Assembly: GCA_015493745.1 (NCBI GenBank)
Contig: WGCN01000036.1
Coordinates: forward strand, 9,799-73,798
Direction of reading: 5' to 3'
Length of the DNA: 64,000 bases
Source of the DNA: Calditrichales bacterium
Lineage (GTDB): Bacteria > Calditrichota > Calditrichia > Calditrichales > J004
Both the position numbers and the translations under genes were made by a program. This document shows, one piece after another, positions 19,832-29,404 of the stretch; position 1 is the stretch's first letter; every line of letters begins with the position of its first letter. The notes under the pieces are model-generated. The model ran no database searches and was not told the origin of the DNA. It saw nothing but the letters and a program-made list of their open reading frames with translations.

Positions 19832-20959
19832 ATGAAATCCGTGGGCGTTGTTAAAGAGATAAAAAATTTTGAACGGCGTGTCAGTCTTTGTCCGGAAGCG
19901 GTGGCATTGCTGACTGAGCAGGACATTCCCGTTTTTGTGGAGCGCGATGCCGGAGAGCCCTCGGGATATAGTGATGAAGCCTATGCCCAGGCCGGGGCCA
20001 CAATCGTTCCCTCCGCGGAAAAGGTTTTTCGCAAAGCGGATATCATGGTGAAAGTGCAGCCCCTCTCTTCGGATGAATGTGAACTGACCCGCGAAGATCA
20101 AATCTTTTTCTCCTTTATCAACCTCTACCAGCACCCGGATCGCCTGCTGCAACTATTAAAAACCAAAACCATATTTTTTTCGGCGGAACTGTTGACCGAC
20201 GATCAGGGGGAACATCTTGTTCTTAAGGCGATCTCGGAAATAGCCGGCCGTCTGGCCCTGCATGTGGCCGCGAACCTGCTCACCGTCAGTCAGGGGGGAA
20301 AAGGTATACTGCTCTCCGGAATCAGCGGGGTGGTGCCGGCGCGCGTGCTGGTTGTCGGCTCCGGATTGGTGGGTAAGGTGGCCGCGGTTCAGGCCTGGCA
20401 CACCGGGGCGGATGTAACCCTGCTTAGCGTTAAGAACCTGAACGAAGAGGCCATGACCATGGAAAAGGACGGGCTTTCGGTGGAGATGTTCTCCCGGGAA
20501 CGCCTGGAAAGCCTGTTACCCGGGACCGATGTGATGATTGTGGCCGTGCAGGCGGTAAAATCGAATCTGCCCGATCTGCGTATTTCCGCGGAACAGGTGG
20601 CCATGATGGAAAACGGTAGCGTCATTATCGATCTTTCGGTCGAACATTCGCCGATAGTGGAAACTTCCCATGTTACCAGCCTGAGTCAGCCGACATTCGT
20701 ATCACAGGGCGTCATCCATTATGGCGTGCCCAATATCTCGGCCACCATACCCAAAACGGCCACCCGGGTATATGCCCGCACCATTTTACCGTTTATAATC
20801 AAGCTGGCCAGGGAAGGGCTCTCCACCTCGCTGGACAGTTCGCCCGAACTCCTTTCGGCCCTGGCTTCCTACAAGGGCAAGGTGACCAACCGTGTTATAT
20901 CCAAGCGTTTTGACACCGCTTTCTTTAATATTTTTGACCTGTTGGAATTAAAACTGTAA
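19832..20959 (+). CDS. alanine dehydrogenase-fold protein with substituted catalytic residues
   Basis: KEIK..ERRV, SEIAGRLA, GGKGILL.G..GV.PA; KVKEP is KVQPL and LHL is INL. Confidence 0.75.
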   Translation: MKSVGVVKEIKNFERRVSLCPEAVALLTEQDIPVFVERDAGEPSGYSDEAYAQAGATIVPSAEKVFRKADIMVKVQPLSSDECELTREDQIFFSFINLYQHPDRLLQLLKTKTIFFSAELLTDDQGEHLVLKAISEIAGRLALHVAANLLTVSQGGKGILLSGISGVVPARVLVVGSGLVGKVAAVQAWHTGADVTLLSVKNLNEEAMTMEKDGLSVEMFSRERLESLLPGTDVMIVAVQAVKSNLPDLRISAEQVAMMENGSVIIDLSVEHSPIVETSHVTSLSQPTFVSQGVIHYGVPNISATIPKTATRVYARTILPFIIKLAREGLSTSLDSSPELLSALASYKGKVTNRVISKRFDTAFFNIFDLLELKL

Positions 20960-20963
20960 ATCC

Positions 20964-21782
20964 ATGCTAACACCTTCCATCCCGATCCTGGCCTATCACA
21001 AAATTGATGACCGTCCGGATTTTGGTATCACCTCCCGTAAAATTGCCCACTTTAAAGAGGACCTGCGGCTGCTTGAAGCGCGGGGCTATCACAGCATCAC
21101 CTTCAAAGATCTGGATGCCGGAATATCCGTGCCGGAAAAGGCGGTGATTATCACCTTTGACGACGGCTATGCCTCTTTTCATGACCTGGCCCTGCCCCTG
21201 TTGCTTGAGCGGGGCTTTCGCGCGGTGGTTTTTATTCCCACGGCCTATGTGGGGCGCGAGAACAGTTGGGATGTGCAATGGGGACAACACCATTATAAGC
21301 ACATGGATGTTGAACAAATCGTAGCCTGTCACCGTGCCGGAATTGAAATAGGTTCCCATTTGGTGCAGCATCTCTTTCCGGGCCTGTTGAGCGACGCCGT
21401 TCTGGAGTATGAGATGGCGGCCAGTAAAAAACAACTGTCGGAATGGACGAATGAGGAGGTGATCTCACTCAGCTATCCGTTTGGCAAGTATGATCCGCGA
21501 GCCATCAGGGCCGCCCGCGGACACTATCGCTACGCGGTCGGGCAAAGCAGCCCCGCTTTTCCCGGGGAAGAGCTGAGCGCGCTGTTCCTGCCGCGTATAA
21601 ATGTTTACCGGATGGACAGCTCGGCGCGCATCATCAAAAAGATGGAGCAAGCCGTACAAGGGCACTTTTCCCTGAGGGACCGTTTAATCCAAAAAGGGGC
21701 CTGGGCCACCGTGGCCCTGCAATATTTGAAATTCTCACAGAAAAATGTAAGGAAGATTAAGAGACATGCGGAAATTAACTAA
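20964..21782 (+). CDS. polysaccharide deacetylase (CE4/IcaB-like)
   Basis: ILAYH, ITFDDGY, EIGSHLVQH, SYPFG, LPR. Confidence 0.85.
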   Translation: MLTPSIPILAYHKIDDRPDFGITSRKIAHFKEDLRLLEARGYHSITFKDLDAGISVPEKAVIITFDDGYASFHDLALPLLLERGFRAVVFIPTAYVGRENSWDVQWGQHHYKHMDVEQIVACHRAGIEIGSHLVQHLFPGLLSDAVLEYEMAASKKQLSEWTNEEVISLSYPFGKYDPRAIRAARGHYRYAVGQSSPAFPGEELSALFLPRINVYRMDSSARIIKKMEQAVQGHFSLRDRLIQKGAWATVALQYLKFSQKNVRKIKRHAEIN

Positions 21783-22110
21783 GTGGCTTCCGTTTATGGC
21801 CCTTATGGCCACCATTGCCGGCAGTTCCCTCTATCTGTTTTTCGGTGGAGGAAACGGCTATTATAAACCGGCGACGGCCGATCCGGCGGTAATCTACCGG
21901 CAGGCCTGCGTTGAGTGCCACGGAAAGCGTGGCGAGGGAAAAGGAGTGCTTTATCCCGCTTTTGACAAGTATATGGATGAAGAAGATGTCTTGCGTGAAA
22001 TCAGGGAAGGCAACTGGCGCATGCCCGCTTTTCGTTATATCCGGGGAGATACCCTGATGATACTGGCCCGTTTTATCGCCGATCACGGATATCTTAAGCA
22101 TAAAGAATAA
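21766..22110 (+). CDS. monoheme cytochrome c, membrane-anchored or exported
   Basis: N-terminal hydrophobic segment, CVECHG heme motif, distal MPAF Met ligand. Confidence 0.85.
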   Translation: MRKLTKWLPFMALMATIAGSSLYLFFGGGNGYYKPATADPAVIYRQACVECHGKRGEGKGVLYPAFDKYMDEEDVLREIREGNWRMPAFRYIRGDTLMILARFIADHGYLKHKE

Positions 22111-22142
22111 GCAAAGGTCTGTTTAATGTCCGGTATCACACA

Positions 22143-22160
22143 TAGATTCATATAAATCTA
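22143..22160. promoter_or_regulatory. 18-bp palindrome TAGATT-N6-AATCTA, putative operator
   Basis: Perfect 6-bp arms in an intergenic gap; similar to the palindrome at 23883-23900. Confidence 0.35.
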
Positions 22161-22218
22161 ATTAAATTTTTTGAGCTACCGAAATAAGCTAACGATGTAT
22201 CTGTTTGGAGTACCATAA

Positions 22219-23121
22219 ATGAGATTAGTTACGCGTGGGGATTTTGACGGTTTGGTCTGTGGCGTTATTTTAACGATTGCCCGGGATATCGATGCCTTTC
22301 TTTTGGCCAAGCCCCATGAGATACAGGAAAATATTTTTACCTTTTCCAAAAACGACATCATCGCCAACCTGCCGTACCATTCGGATTGCGGTTTATGGTT
22401 CGATCACCATATCAACGAAGTAAAGCTGGCCGCTGAAATTCAGTTTGAGGGAGCTTTTAAAGTAGCTCCCAGTTGCGCGCGCGTGGTGCTGGACTATTAT
22501 CTGAAAGACATTCCCGAACTGGAGCGCTTCGAAAAGATTGTTCAGGTGGCCGATAAAATAGACTCTGCCCAACTGAGCCTGGAAGATATTAAGAATCCTC
22601 ACAAATGGTTTATTATCGAGCGTACCCTGCATGCTTATGATCCCGCCGGACGGCTGGGCAATTTTCAGGAATACTTTACCGATATGATCGAATGGATCAA
22701 AACCTATCCCCTGAGTACGATCCTGATGATGGATGAAGTGCAAAGCCGCATAGAACACGTCCGCTCCGAACATAAGATATTTATAAACGCTCTCCGGGAA
22801 AGTTCCCATGCCGAGGAGAATGTGGTGCTTACCGATACCCGGAGCTATGACTATTTCCCCAACGGAAACCGCTTTCTAATCTATACGCTGTTTCCGGAGC
22901 AGAATGTCTCCTTAAGCATCTTTAATGCCCGCGGCTCCCACCAAAGTGTTATTTTTTGCGGTCACAATATCTTTAATAAAACCTGCGCGACCGATGTGGG
23001 CGAACTGATGAAAAATTATGGCGGCAGCGGGCGCCTTTCCGCCGGAAGCTGTGTTGTGGATCAATCCGAGGCGGATACGGTTTTTCAGGAAATCTGCGAT
23101 ACCCTCAAGAAAAACGGATAA
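22219..23121 (+). CDS. DHH-family phosphoesterase (exopolyphosphatase/nanoRNase-like)
   Basis: RLVTRGDFDGL, NLP, WFDHH, DKIDSA; DHHA1-like C-terminus. Confidence 0.8.
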   Translation: MRLVTRGDFDGLVCGVILTIARDIDAFLLAKPHEIQENIFTFSKNDIIANLPYHSDCGLWFDHHINEVKLAAEIQFEGAFKVAPSCARVVLDYYLKDIPELERFEKIVQVADKIDSAQLSLEDIKNPHKWFIIERTLHAYDPAGRLGNFQEYFTDMIEWIKTYPLSTILMMDEVQSRIEHVRSEHKIFINALRESSHAEENVVLTDTRSYDYFPNGNRFLIYTLFPEQNVSLSIFNARGSHQSVIFCGHNIFNKTCATDVGELMKNYGGSGRLSAGSCVVDQSEADTVFQEICDTLKKNG

Positions 23122-23126
23122 ACGGA

Positions 23127-23774
23127 ATGAAAATATTTCTCAGCCTGCTGGCGCTTTTCGTCCTTTTGGCCGGTGGCGCCTGGTATTATTTTGACAGCAC
23201 CATGCACTACCTGCCGCCGGATGTGGAAACCATGCAAGAGGTACGACCGGAGGATTTTCATCAACAGGCGCGGCAGATCAAAAAACGTATGTCCCGGGAA
23301 TTAAAAGCCGGCGGGCAAACCTCTGTTTCCGCCGGGGATATTGAAAAAATCACCTTTGCCGCTATTGCCCGTAAAAGTAAAATTCCCCCGGAAGAGCTGA
23401 TTAAAAGATATAAAGTGGATATTCAGCCCGAGGGTGTGCGCCTTTCGGCTCTGGTCGACCTGCGAAAGGTGCGCCAACTAAGGCTGCCGGCCAAAATGCG
23501 AACGGCCCTGGAAACCGTTACCGGTTTTATTCCCGATGACATGTTGGATGAGGTCTATGTTTCGGTTAACGGCTTGCCGCAAAGGGTCGGGGATAAGGTG
23601 GCCTTCAGTGATGACGCCCGCGTTCAGATCGGTGGCTGGAGCAGAAAACTTAACGACCTGATGGATGATGCGCGTATCATTTTGGGGCGTGATATTTTCC
23701 AAAAGCTGTCATTCAATACCATCCGGATCGAAAAAGACCGCGTGATTATAAAACGGCAGGACAACCGTCCCTGA
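23127..23774 (+). CDS. hypothetical protein with N-terminal membrane anchor
   Basis: 215 aa ORF 5 nt after the DHH gene; hydrophobic N-terminus; host-like codon usage. Confidence 0.65.
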   Translation: MKIFLSLLALFVLLAGGAWYYFDSTMHYLPPDVETMQEVRPEDFHQQARQIKKRMSRELKAGGQTSVSAGDIEKITFAAIARKSKIPPEELIKRYKVDIQPEGVRLSALVDLRKVRQLRLPAKMRTALETVTGFIPDDMLDEVYVSVNGLPQRVGDKVAFSDDARVQIGGWSRKLNDLMDDARIILGRDIFQKLSFNTIRIEKDRVIIKRQDNRP

Positions 23775-23882
23775 AACCCACAGGCCGGTCATTCCGCATA
23801 TTCACGGGACACAGTTTGGCAGTTTTTTTATAAGTGTTGTATTAACAGGGGGTTATGTAATTCCACAAAGCCTAAATGATGG

Positions 23883-23911
23883 TTGATTTAGAAAAATCAA
23901 AGTTGTAACTT
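23883..23911 (+). promoter_or_regulatory. putative sigma70 promoter of arcC overlapped by the palindrome TTGATTT-N4-AAATCAA
   Basis: TTGATT-17 nt-TAACTT; the inverted repeat starts exactly at the -35. Confidence 0.45.
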
Positions 23912-23944
23912 TTAAGTCTTTAATATTTTTGGACGGAGCCGAAA

Positions 23945-24889
23945 GTGTCAATAAAAACCTATGTGGTTGCTCTTGGCGGAAATGCCATTACCCGTGAATC
24001 CGAAGAGGGGAATATTACCGAGCAGTTTGAGAATACGCGCCGCAGCCTTTCCGGGGTTGTTCATTTAATCGGCCAGGGGCACCGGGTGATCATCACCCAT
24101 GGAAACGGCCCCCAGGTGGGTAATGCCCTGATCCGTGTGGAAGAAACCCGGGGGATCGTTCCTCCCTTGCCACTGGGTGTGATTGTCGCCGATCTGGAAG
24201 GCGGCATGGGCTATATGATCGAACAGTGCCTGCAAAATAAGCTCAGCGATGCTCGTCTGCACCGTGAAGTGACGACGGTTTTAACACAGGTGGTGGTGGA
24301 CCCCGGGGACCCTTCCATAAAAGAGCCCAGCAAGTTTGTGGGCCCTTTTTTCAAAAAGGAACAGGTCGAAGAATTGCAGAGAACCCGCGGCTGGATAATG
24401 AAGGAAGATAAAGGACGCGGATACCGGCGGGTGGTGCCTTCGCCGTTTCCCCGTGAAATCGTGGAAAAAAATGTGATCAAGACCCTGCTGGAAGCGGGCG
24501 GGGTGGTGGTGGCCGCCGGAGGTGGCGGCATACCGGTTTACCGGGATAAACGCGGCTGGCTGGAAGGGGTGGATGCGGTCATCGATAAAGACCTGGCCTC
24601 GGCACTGCTGGGTAACCAGGTGGGTGCGGATATTTTGATGATTTTGACGGGGGTGGATAAGGTGGCCGTGAACTTCGGCACACCGCAGCAAAAAGAACTG
24701 GACAGTCTTTCCGTTGATGAGGCGCGGCGCTATCTGGAGGCCGGAGAGTTCCCCAAAGGCAGCATGGGTCCTAAAATCGAAGCGGCAATCAATTTTATCC
24801 GCGGCGGCGGCCAGGAGGTCATTATCTCTTCCATAGAAAATGCCGTTTCCGCCCTGGAAGGAGAAACCGGAACGCGCATACATCCCTGA
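23945..24889 (+). CDS. arcC: carbamate kinase
   Basis: ALGGNA, THGNGPQVG, RRVVPSP, GGGGIPV, VIDKD, GSMGPK. Confidence 0.95.
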   Translation: MSIKTYVVALGGNAITRESEEGNITEQFENTRRSLSGVVHLIGQGHRVIITHGNGPQVGNALIRVEETRGIVPPLPLGVIVADLEGGMGYMIEQCLQNKLSDARLHREVTTVLTQVVVDPGDPSIKEPSKFVGPFFKKEQVEELQRTRGWIMKEDKGRGYRRVVPSPFPREIVEKNVIKTLLEAGGVVVAAGGGGIPVYRDKRGWLEGVDAVIDKDLASALLGNQVGADILMILTGVDKVAVNFGTPQQKELDSLSVDEARRYLEAGEFPKGSMGPKIEAAINFIRGGGQEVIISSIENAVSALEGETGTRIHP

Positions 24890-25070
24890 TCCCGACCGTT
24901 TCCGGAACATGGAACCGTCCGGAAGCATCGAAAACGGGATGGCTGTCTTTGCGGAAAAGAGACCTGAAAACAGCATGGTTTTGATATATAAACACTGTGT
25001 TTAATTAACGATTAAAGGGTGATAACCGAAATAGGGGATACCCATAAACATATCAATTTAGGAGAGCCTT

Positions 25071-26231
25071 ATGAATATTCATGAATATCAGGCTAAAGAA
25101 ATTCTGAAAAAGTACAACGTACCCGTACCGCAAGGATATCCCGCATTTTCGGTGGACGAGGCTGTTGAAGCCGCCAAAAAGCTGCCGACGGAAGTATGCG
25201 TGGTTAAAGCGCAAATCCATGCCGGGGGCCGGGGCAAGGGGGGCGGTGTCAAGATCGCCAAAACAAAAGCGGAAGTAAAAGACCTGGCCGAACAAATTCT
25301 CGGAATGAATCTGGTGACCCATCAGACCGGGCCGCAGGGCAAAGTGGTTCATAAGCTTTTGGTGGAGCAGGGCGTGGACATAGCCCGCGAGCTCTATCTG
25401 GGTATGGTGCTGGATCGTGGTTCCTCGCAATTCGTGATGATGGCCAGTACGGAAGGCGGCGTGGAAATTGAGAAAGTTGCCGCCGAAACACCGGATAAAA
25501 TATTAAAGGTGTGGATTGATCCCGGCGTCGGTCTGCAACCGTTTCAGGCGCGACAACTGGCCTTTGGCCTGGGAATGGAAGGCAAGCAGGTGGGTAAAGC
25601 CGTGAAATTCATGATGGCCCTTTACAAGGCTTTTATGGCCAATGACTGCTCGCTGGCGGAAATCAATCCCCTGGTCGTCACCGGTGACGGGGATGTTCTG
25701 GCTCTGGACGCCAAGATCAATTTTGATGACAGTGCCTTGTACCGTCATCCCGAAATCACCGAGCTGCGCGATCTGGATGAGGAAGACCCGCTGGAAGTGG
25801 AAGCGTCCAAATACAATCTGAACTACATCAAGCTGGACGGGAACGTCGGCTGCATGGTTAACGGCGCCGGTTTGGCCATGGGAACCATGGATATCATCAA
25901 ACTGGCCGGCGGAGAACCGGCAAACTTTTTGGATGTGGGCGGCGGCGCCAATGTGGAAACGGTGCGCAATGGTTTTAAAATCATTCTCGGCGATCCGAAT
26001 GTCAAGGCCATTTTAATAAATATCTTTGGCGGCATCGTGCGTTGTGACCGTGTGGCCCAGGGTGTAATTGAAGCGGTGAAAACCATCGACGTTAATGTTC
26101 CTGTTGTGGTGCGCCTCGAAGGAACCAATGCCAAAGAGGCCAGTGTGCTTCTTAAAGAATCCGGTATGGATTTTATTGTTGCCAGTACCATAGAAGACGC
26201 TGCTGAAAAAGTAGTTGGCGCTATTAAATAG
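25071..26231 (+). CDS. sucC: succinyl-CoA synthetase beta subunit
   Basis: [32 protein letters not shown]. Confidence 0.97.
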   Translation: MNIHEYQAKEILKKYNVPVPQGYPAFSVDEAVEAAKKLPTEVCVVKAQIHAGGRGKGGGVKIAKTKAEVKDLAEQILGMNLVTHQTGPQGKVVHKLLVEQGVDIARELYLGMVLDRGSSQFVMMASTEGGVEIEKVAAETPDKILKVWIDPGVGLQPFQARQLAFGLGMEGKQVGKAVKFMMALYKAFMANDCSLAEINPLVVTGDGDVLALDAKINFDDSALYRHPEITELRDLDEEDPLEVEASKYNLNYIKLDGNVGCMVNGAGLAMGTMDIIKLAGGEPANFLDVGGGANVETVRNGFKIILGDPNVKAILINIFGGIVRCDRVAQGVIEAVKTIDVNVPVVVRLEGTNAKEASVLLKESGMDFIVASTIEDAAEKVVGAIK

Positions 26232-26251
26232 CGATAACCGAGGAGAAAAAA

Positions 26252-27127
26252 ATGAGTGTACTATTAAATAAAAATACAAAAGTCCTGGTTCAGGGTATCA
26301 CCGGTTCCGAAGGTTCCTTCCATGCGGGTCAAATGTTGGAGTATAACACCCAACTGGTGGCCGGGGTTACCCCGGGCAAAGGCGGCCAGACCTTTAATGG
26401 CAGCGTGCCTGTTTTTAACACCGTCCGTGAAGCGGTTGCCGCCACCGGCGCCAACGCCTCGGTGATTTTCGTACCGCCGCCCTTTGCCGCGGATGCCATA
26501 ATGGAAGCCGCCGAAGCGGGTCTGGAACTGATCGTCTGCATTACTGAAGGTATACCCGCCGGGGATATGGTTTCCGTTTATGATTACCTGAAAGATAAAA
26601 ATACCCATTTGGTGGGCCCCAACTGTCCGGGGGTTATTTCTCCGGGAATCGGAAAGATGGGCATCATGCCGGCCTTTATTCATAAAGAGGGGCATGTGGG
26701 GGTTATCAGCCGTTCCGGTACCCTGACCTACGAAGCGGTGGGGCAGCTTACCGCCAGAGGCATCGGACAGTCGACCTGTATCGGCATAGGCGGGGATCCC
26801 GTGATCGGGACGCGTTTTATCGATGCCCTGAAGCTGTTTAACGAAGATGACGATACCCATGCCGTGGTCATGATCGGAGAAATCGGCGGAACAGCCGAAG
26901 AGGAAGCCGCCGAATGGATTAAAGAGAATTTCAAAAAACCGGTGGTGGGTTTTATCGCCGGGCAAACCGCTCCTCCGGGAAGGCGCATGGGACATGCCGG
27001 CGCCATTATCAGCGGGGGACAGGGGACGGCCAGGGATAAAATGGCCGTGATGGAAGCGGCCGGTATCCATGTATGCAAAAGTCCGGCGGATATTGGAAAA
27101 ACAATGGAATCTGTACTTAAAAAATAG
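26252..27127 (+). CDS. sucD: succinyl-CoA synthetase alpha subunit
   Basis: [27 protein letters not shown]. Confidence 0.97.
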   Translation: MSVLLNKNTKVLVQGITGSEGSFHAGQMLEYNTQLVAGVTPGKGGQTFNGSVPVFNTVREAVAATGANASVIFVPPPFAADAIMEAAEAGLELIVCITEGIPAGDMVSVYDYLKDKNTHLVGPNCPGVISPGIGKMGIMPAFIHKEGHVGVISRSGTLTYEAVGQLTARGIGQSTCIGIGGDPVIGTRFIDALKLFNEDDDTHAVVMIGEIGGTAEEEAAEWIKENFKKPVVGFIAGQTAPPGRRMGHAGAIISGGQGTARDKMAVMEAAGIHVCKSPADIGKTMESVLKK

Positions 27128-27138
27128 AAGGAGAAGAA

Positions 27139-27564
27139 GTGAGCGAAAGGACATTGGCAATCCTTAAACCGGATTGCGTGCAAAACAACCATATCGGTAA
27201 TGTACTTGACCTGCTGTTAAAGGCCGGTTTTAAAATTGTGGCGATGAAGATGACCAGGCTGACACGGGAAGTGGCCGGCGCTTTTTATGAAGTGCATAAG
27301 GAACGTCCTTTTTATGGGGAGTTGGTTGATTTTATGACCGAAAGCCGTGTCGTGCCTTTGGTTCTGGAACGGGAAAACGCCGTGGCGGAACTGCGCAAGG
27401 TGATCGGCGCCACCGATCCCGCGGAAGCCGAAGAGGGAACCGTGCGTAAGCTTTATGCCGAAAGCAAGGGGCGCAATACCATTCATGCCTCGGACTCCGA
27501 TGAGAATGCCCGGCGTGAAATCGGTTTTTTCTTCGCCGAGTCGGAAGTGATTGCCAACGGTTAA
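27139..27564 (+). CDS. ndk: nucleoside diphosphate kinase
   Basis: [24 protein letters not shown]. Confidence 0.95.
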   Translation: MSERTLAILKPDCVQNNHIGNVLDLLLKAGFKIVAMKMTRLTREVAGAFYEVHKERPFYGELVDFMTESRVVPLVLERENAVAELRKVIGATDPAEAEEGTVRKLYAESKGRNTIHASDSDENARREIGFFFAESEVIANG

Positions 27565-27588
27565 TCCTGTTAAGGGGAAAATAATTTC

Positions 27589-27616
27589 AGGTCGCCTGAA
27601 AGGGCGGCCTTTTTTT
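27589..27616 (+). terminator. intrinsic terminator after sucCD-ndk
   Basis: AGGTCGCCT-GAAA-GGGCGGCCT followed by T6. Confidence 0.85.
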
Positions 27617-27626
27617 GTGCTTTAAT

Positions 27627-27655
27627 TTGAATTGCAGTAGCTAGTTTTTTATATT
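27627..27655 (+). promoter_or_regulatory. putative sigma70 promoter of the yceD-rpmF-plsX-fab operon
   Basis: TTGAAT-17 nt-TATATT right after the ndk terminator. Confidence 0.5.
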
Positions 27656-27666
27656 CGACGATTCTA

Positions 27667-28161
27667 ATGAAAATACTAATTGCCGGTCTTAAGCAAGGCC
27701 TGACTCATCTCTCTGAAGAAATCAACCCGGATTTTCTTGAATCCCGCTGGCACGAGTTTTATCCCGAGCCCATAAAGTGCGAAGTGGATGTGGATCGTTT
27801 TCTCAGGGAGCTCAGGGTGAGAATCACGTTGAGCACCACAGGGCACTATTCCTGTGACCGTTGTCTGGAAAAGTACAGCACGGGGCATAGCGCCGAATAT
27901 GAGCAGATTTATAAAATCGGTGAAGGGCCGGACGCCGTTGATGATGAGGTTATTCAACTGCCCGCGGATACGGTGGAAATCGATTTAAGAGAATTGATAC
28001 AGGAGATACTGATCCTGCATCATCCGTTGAAAATGTTATGTAAGGAAGACTGCGCCGGTATTTGTGCCGGGTGTGGGGTGGATTTAAACAAAGAAGCCTG
28101 CACCTGCCGGGATGATGATGATGATCCTCGCTGGGCGCGGTTAAGAAAACTGATAAAATAG
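27667..28161 (+). CDS. yceD: YceD/DUF177 family protein
   Basis: [22 protein letters not shown]...C.C, DPRW; upstream of rpmF. Confidence 0.9.
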   Translation: MKILIAGLKQGLTHLSEEINPDFLESRWHEFYPEPIKCEVDVDRFLRELRVRITLSTTGHYSCDRCLEKYSTGHSAEYEQIYKIGEGPDAVDDEVIQLPADTVEIDLRELIQEILILHHPLKMLCKEDCAGICAGCGVDLNKEACTCRDDDDDPRWARLRKLIK

Positions 28162-28172
28162 GAGAAACTAAA

Positions 28173-28361
28173 ATGGCTAACCCGAAACGTAAAATTTCAA
28201 AATCTAAACGCGATCACCGCCGTGCACACTGGATGGGTGGTTTAAGCGCCTCTAACCTGGCGGAATGCCCCAATTGTGGTGAAAGCATGATGAGTCACCA
28301 TGTATGCCCCTCCTGTGGGTATTATAAGGGTGACAAGGCCATAAAGGTTGATAACGCTTAA
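28173..28361 (+). CDS. rpmF: 50S ribosomal protein L32 (zinc-ribbon form)
   Basis: PKRKISK, CPNCG...[10 protein letters not shown]. Confidence 0.96.
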   Translation: MANPKRKISKSKRDHRRAHWMGGLSASNLAECPNCGESMMSHHVCPSCGYYKGDKAIKVDNA

Positions 28362-28384
28362 ACTCATTTATAGGTTACATATAC

Positions 28385-29404
28385 GTGCGTATTGCTTTGG
28401 ATGCCCTGGGAGGGGATCACGGACCACATTATACGGTGGAAGGGGCTTATCAATTCCTGCAGCATAATCCCGGTCATACGGTTGTCCTTGTAGGTGACCG
28501 GGCCCAGATTCAGGAGGAACTGAATCATATCCCGCCAAAATATCATACCTTTTTACCCATCGTTCATGCTCCGGAGAACATCGGCATGAGCGAAGCGCCC
28601 ACGGAAGCGGTCAAAAAAAAGAAAAACTCTTCGATGGTGGTTGGCCTTAAGATGCATGCCAACGCCGAAGTGGACGCTTTTGTCTCCGCCGGGAGTACCG
28701 GCGCGCAACTGGCGGCCAGTTTTATTCATTTAAAACGTATTAAGAATGTCCGTCGTCCGGCTATCGGCGCCTTTTTGCCCTCGGAGCGCGGCATGGTATA
28801 CCTGGTGGATGTGGGGGCCAATGCCGAGGCCCGGCCGGAGCACCTTTTGCAATTTGCCATCATGGCCGAGATTTTTGTCTCACATGTTTTCGAATCCGGC
28901 CATTTAAAGGTGGGCTTGCTGTCCAACGGATCGGAGCCTTCCAAAGGTAATGAGATGACCGTTCAGGCCCATAAATTGTTGAGCCGTGAATTGCCCAACT
29001 TCGCCGGCAATGTGGAAGGCTATGATATTTTTAAGGGAAAAACCGATATCATCGTTTGTGACGGCTTTACCGGCAATATCCTGCTCAAAATGGCCGAAAG
29101 TGTTATGCATGTTATACTGAACCAGATACGGACCAACATCGGAAAAAATATCATCAAAAATTTTGGCGCCATGCTGGTTAAACCGGCCTTCCGTGCCTTA
29201 AAGCAGAGTTTTAACTATGAGGAATACGGGGGGGTGCCTTTGTTGGGAGTTAACGGTATCTCCATTATTTGTCACGGTAAGTCCTCTCCACTGGCTATCC
29301 GCAATGCTTTGAAGGTGGCCATGCAGATGAAAGAGAAAGATGTCAACAAACATATTGAACAACAACTTATGATTGAGGAAAAGATTAATGAGCCCGCGAG
29401 CTAA
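28385..29404 (+). CDS. plsX: phosphate acyltransferase PlsX
   Basis: IALDALGGD, SAGSTGA, DVGAN, DGFTGN, HGKS. Confidence 0.95.
   Translation: MRIALDALGGDHGPHYTVEGAYQFLQHNPGHTVVLVGDRAQIQEELNHIPPKYHTFLPIVHAPENIGMSEAPTEAVKKKKNSSMVVGLKMHANAEVDAFVSAGSTGAQLAASFIHLKRIKNVRRPAIGAFLPSERGMVYLVDVGANAEARPEHLLQFAIMAEIFVSHVFESGHLKVGLLSNGSEPSKGNEMTVQAHKLLSRELPNFAGNVEGYDIFKGKTDIIVCDGFTGNILLKMAESVMHVILNQIRTNIGKNIIKNFGAMLVKPAFRALKQSFNYEEYGGVPLLGVNGISIICHGKSSPLAIRNALKVAMQMKEKDVNKHIEQQLMIEEKINEPAS

Noticed and set aside
23830-23856. ATAAGTGTTGTATTAACAGGGGGTTAT as a dif or IHF-type site
   Set aside because: Symmetry is imperfect and the match to XerC/XerD arms or the IHF consensus is weak
23883-23900. FNR box upstream of arcC
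   Set aside because: TTGAT and ATCAA are 8 nt apart, not the required 4; kept only as an unassigned palindrome
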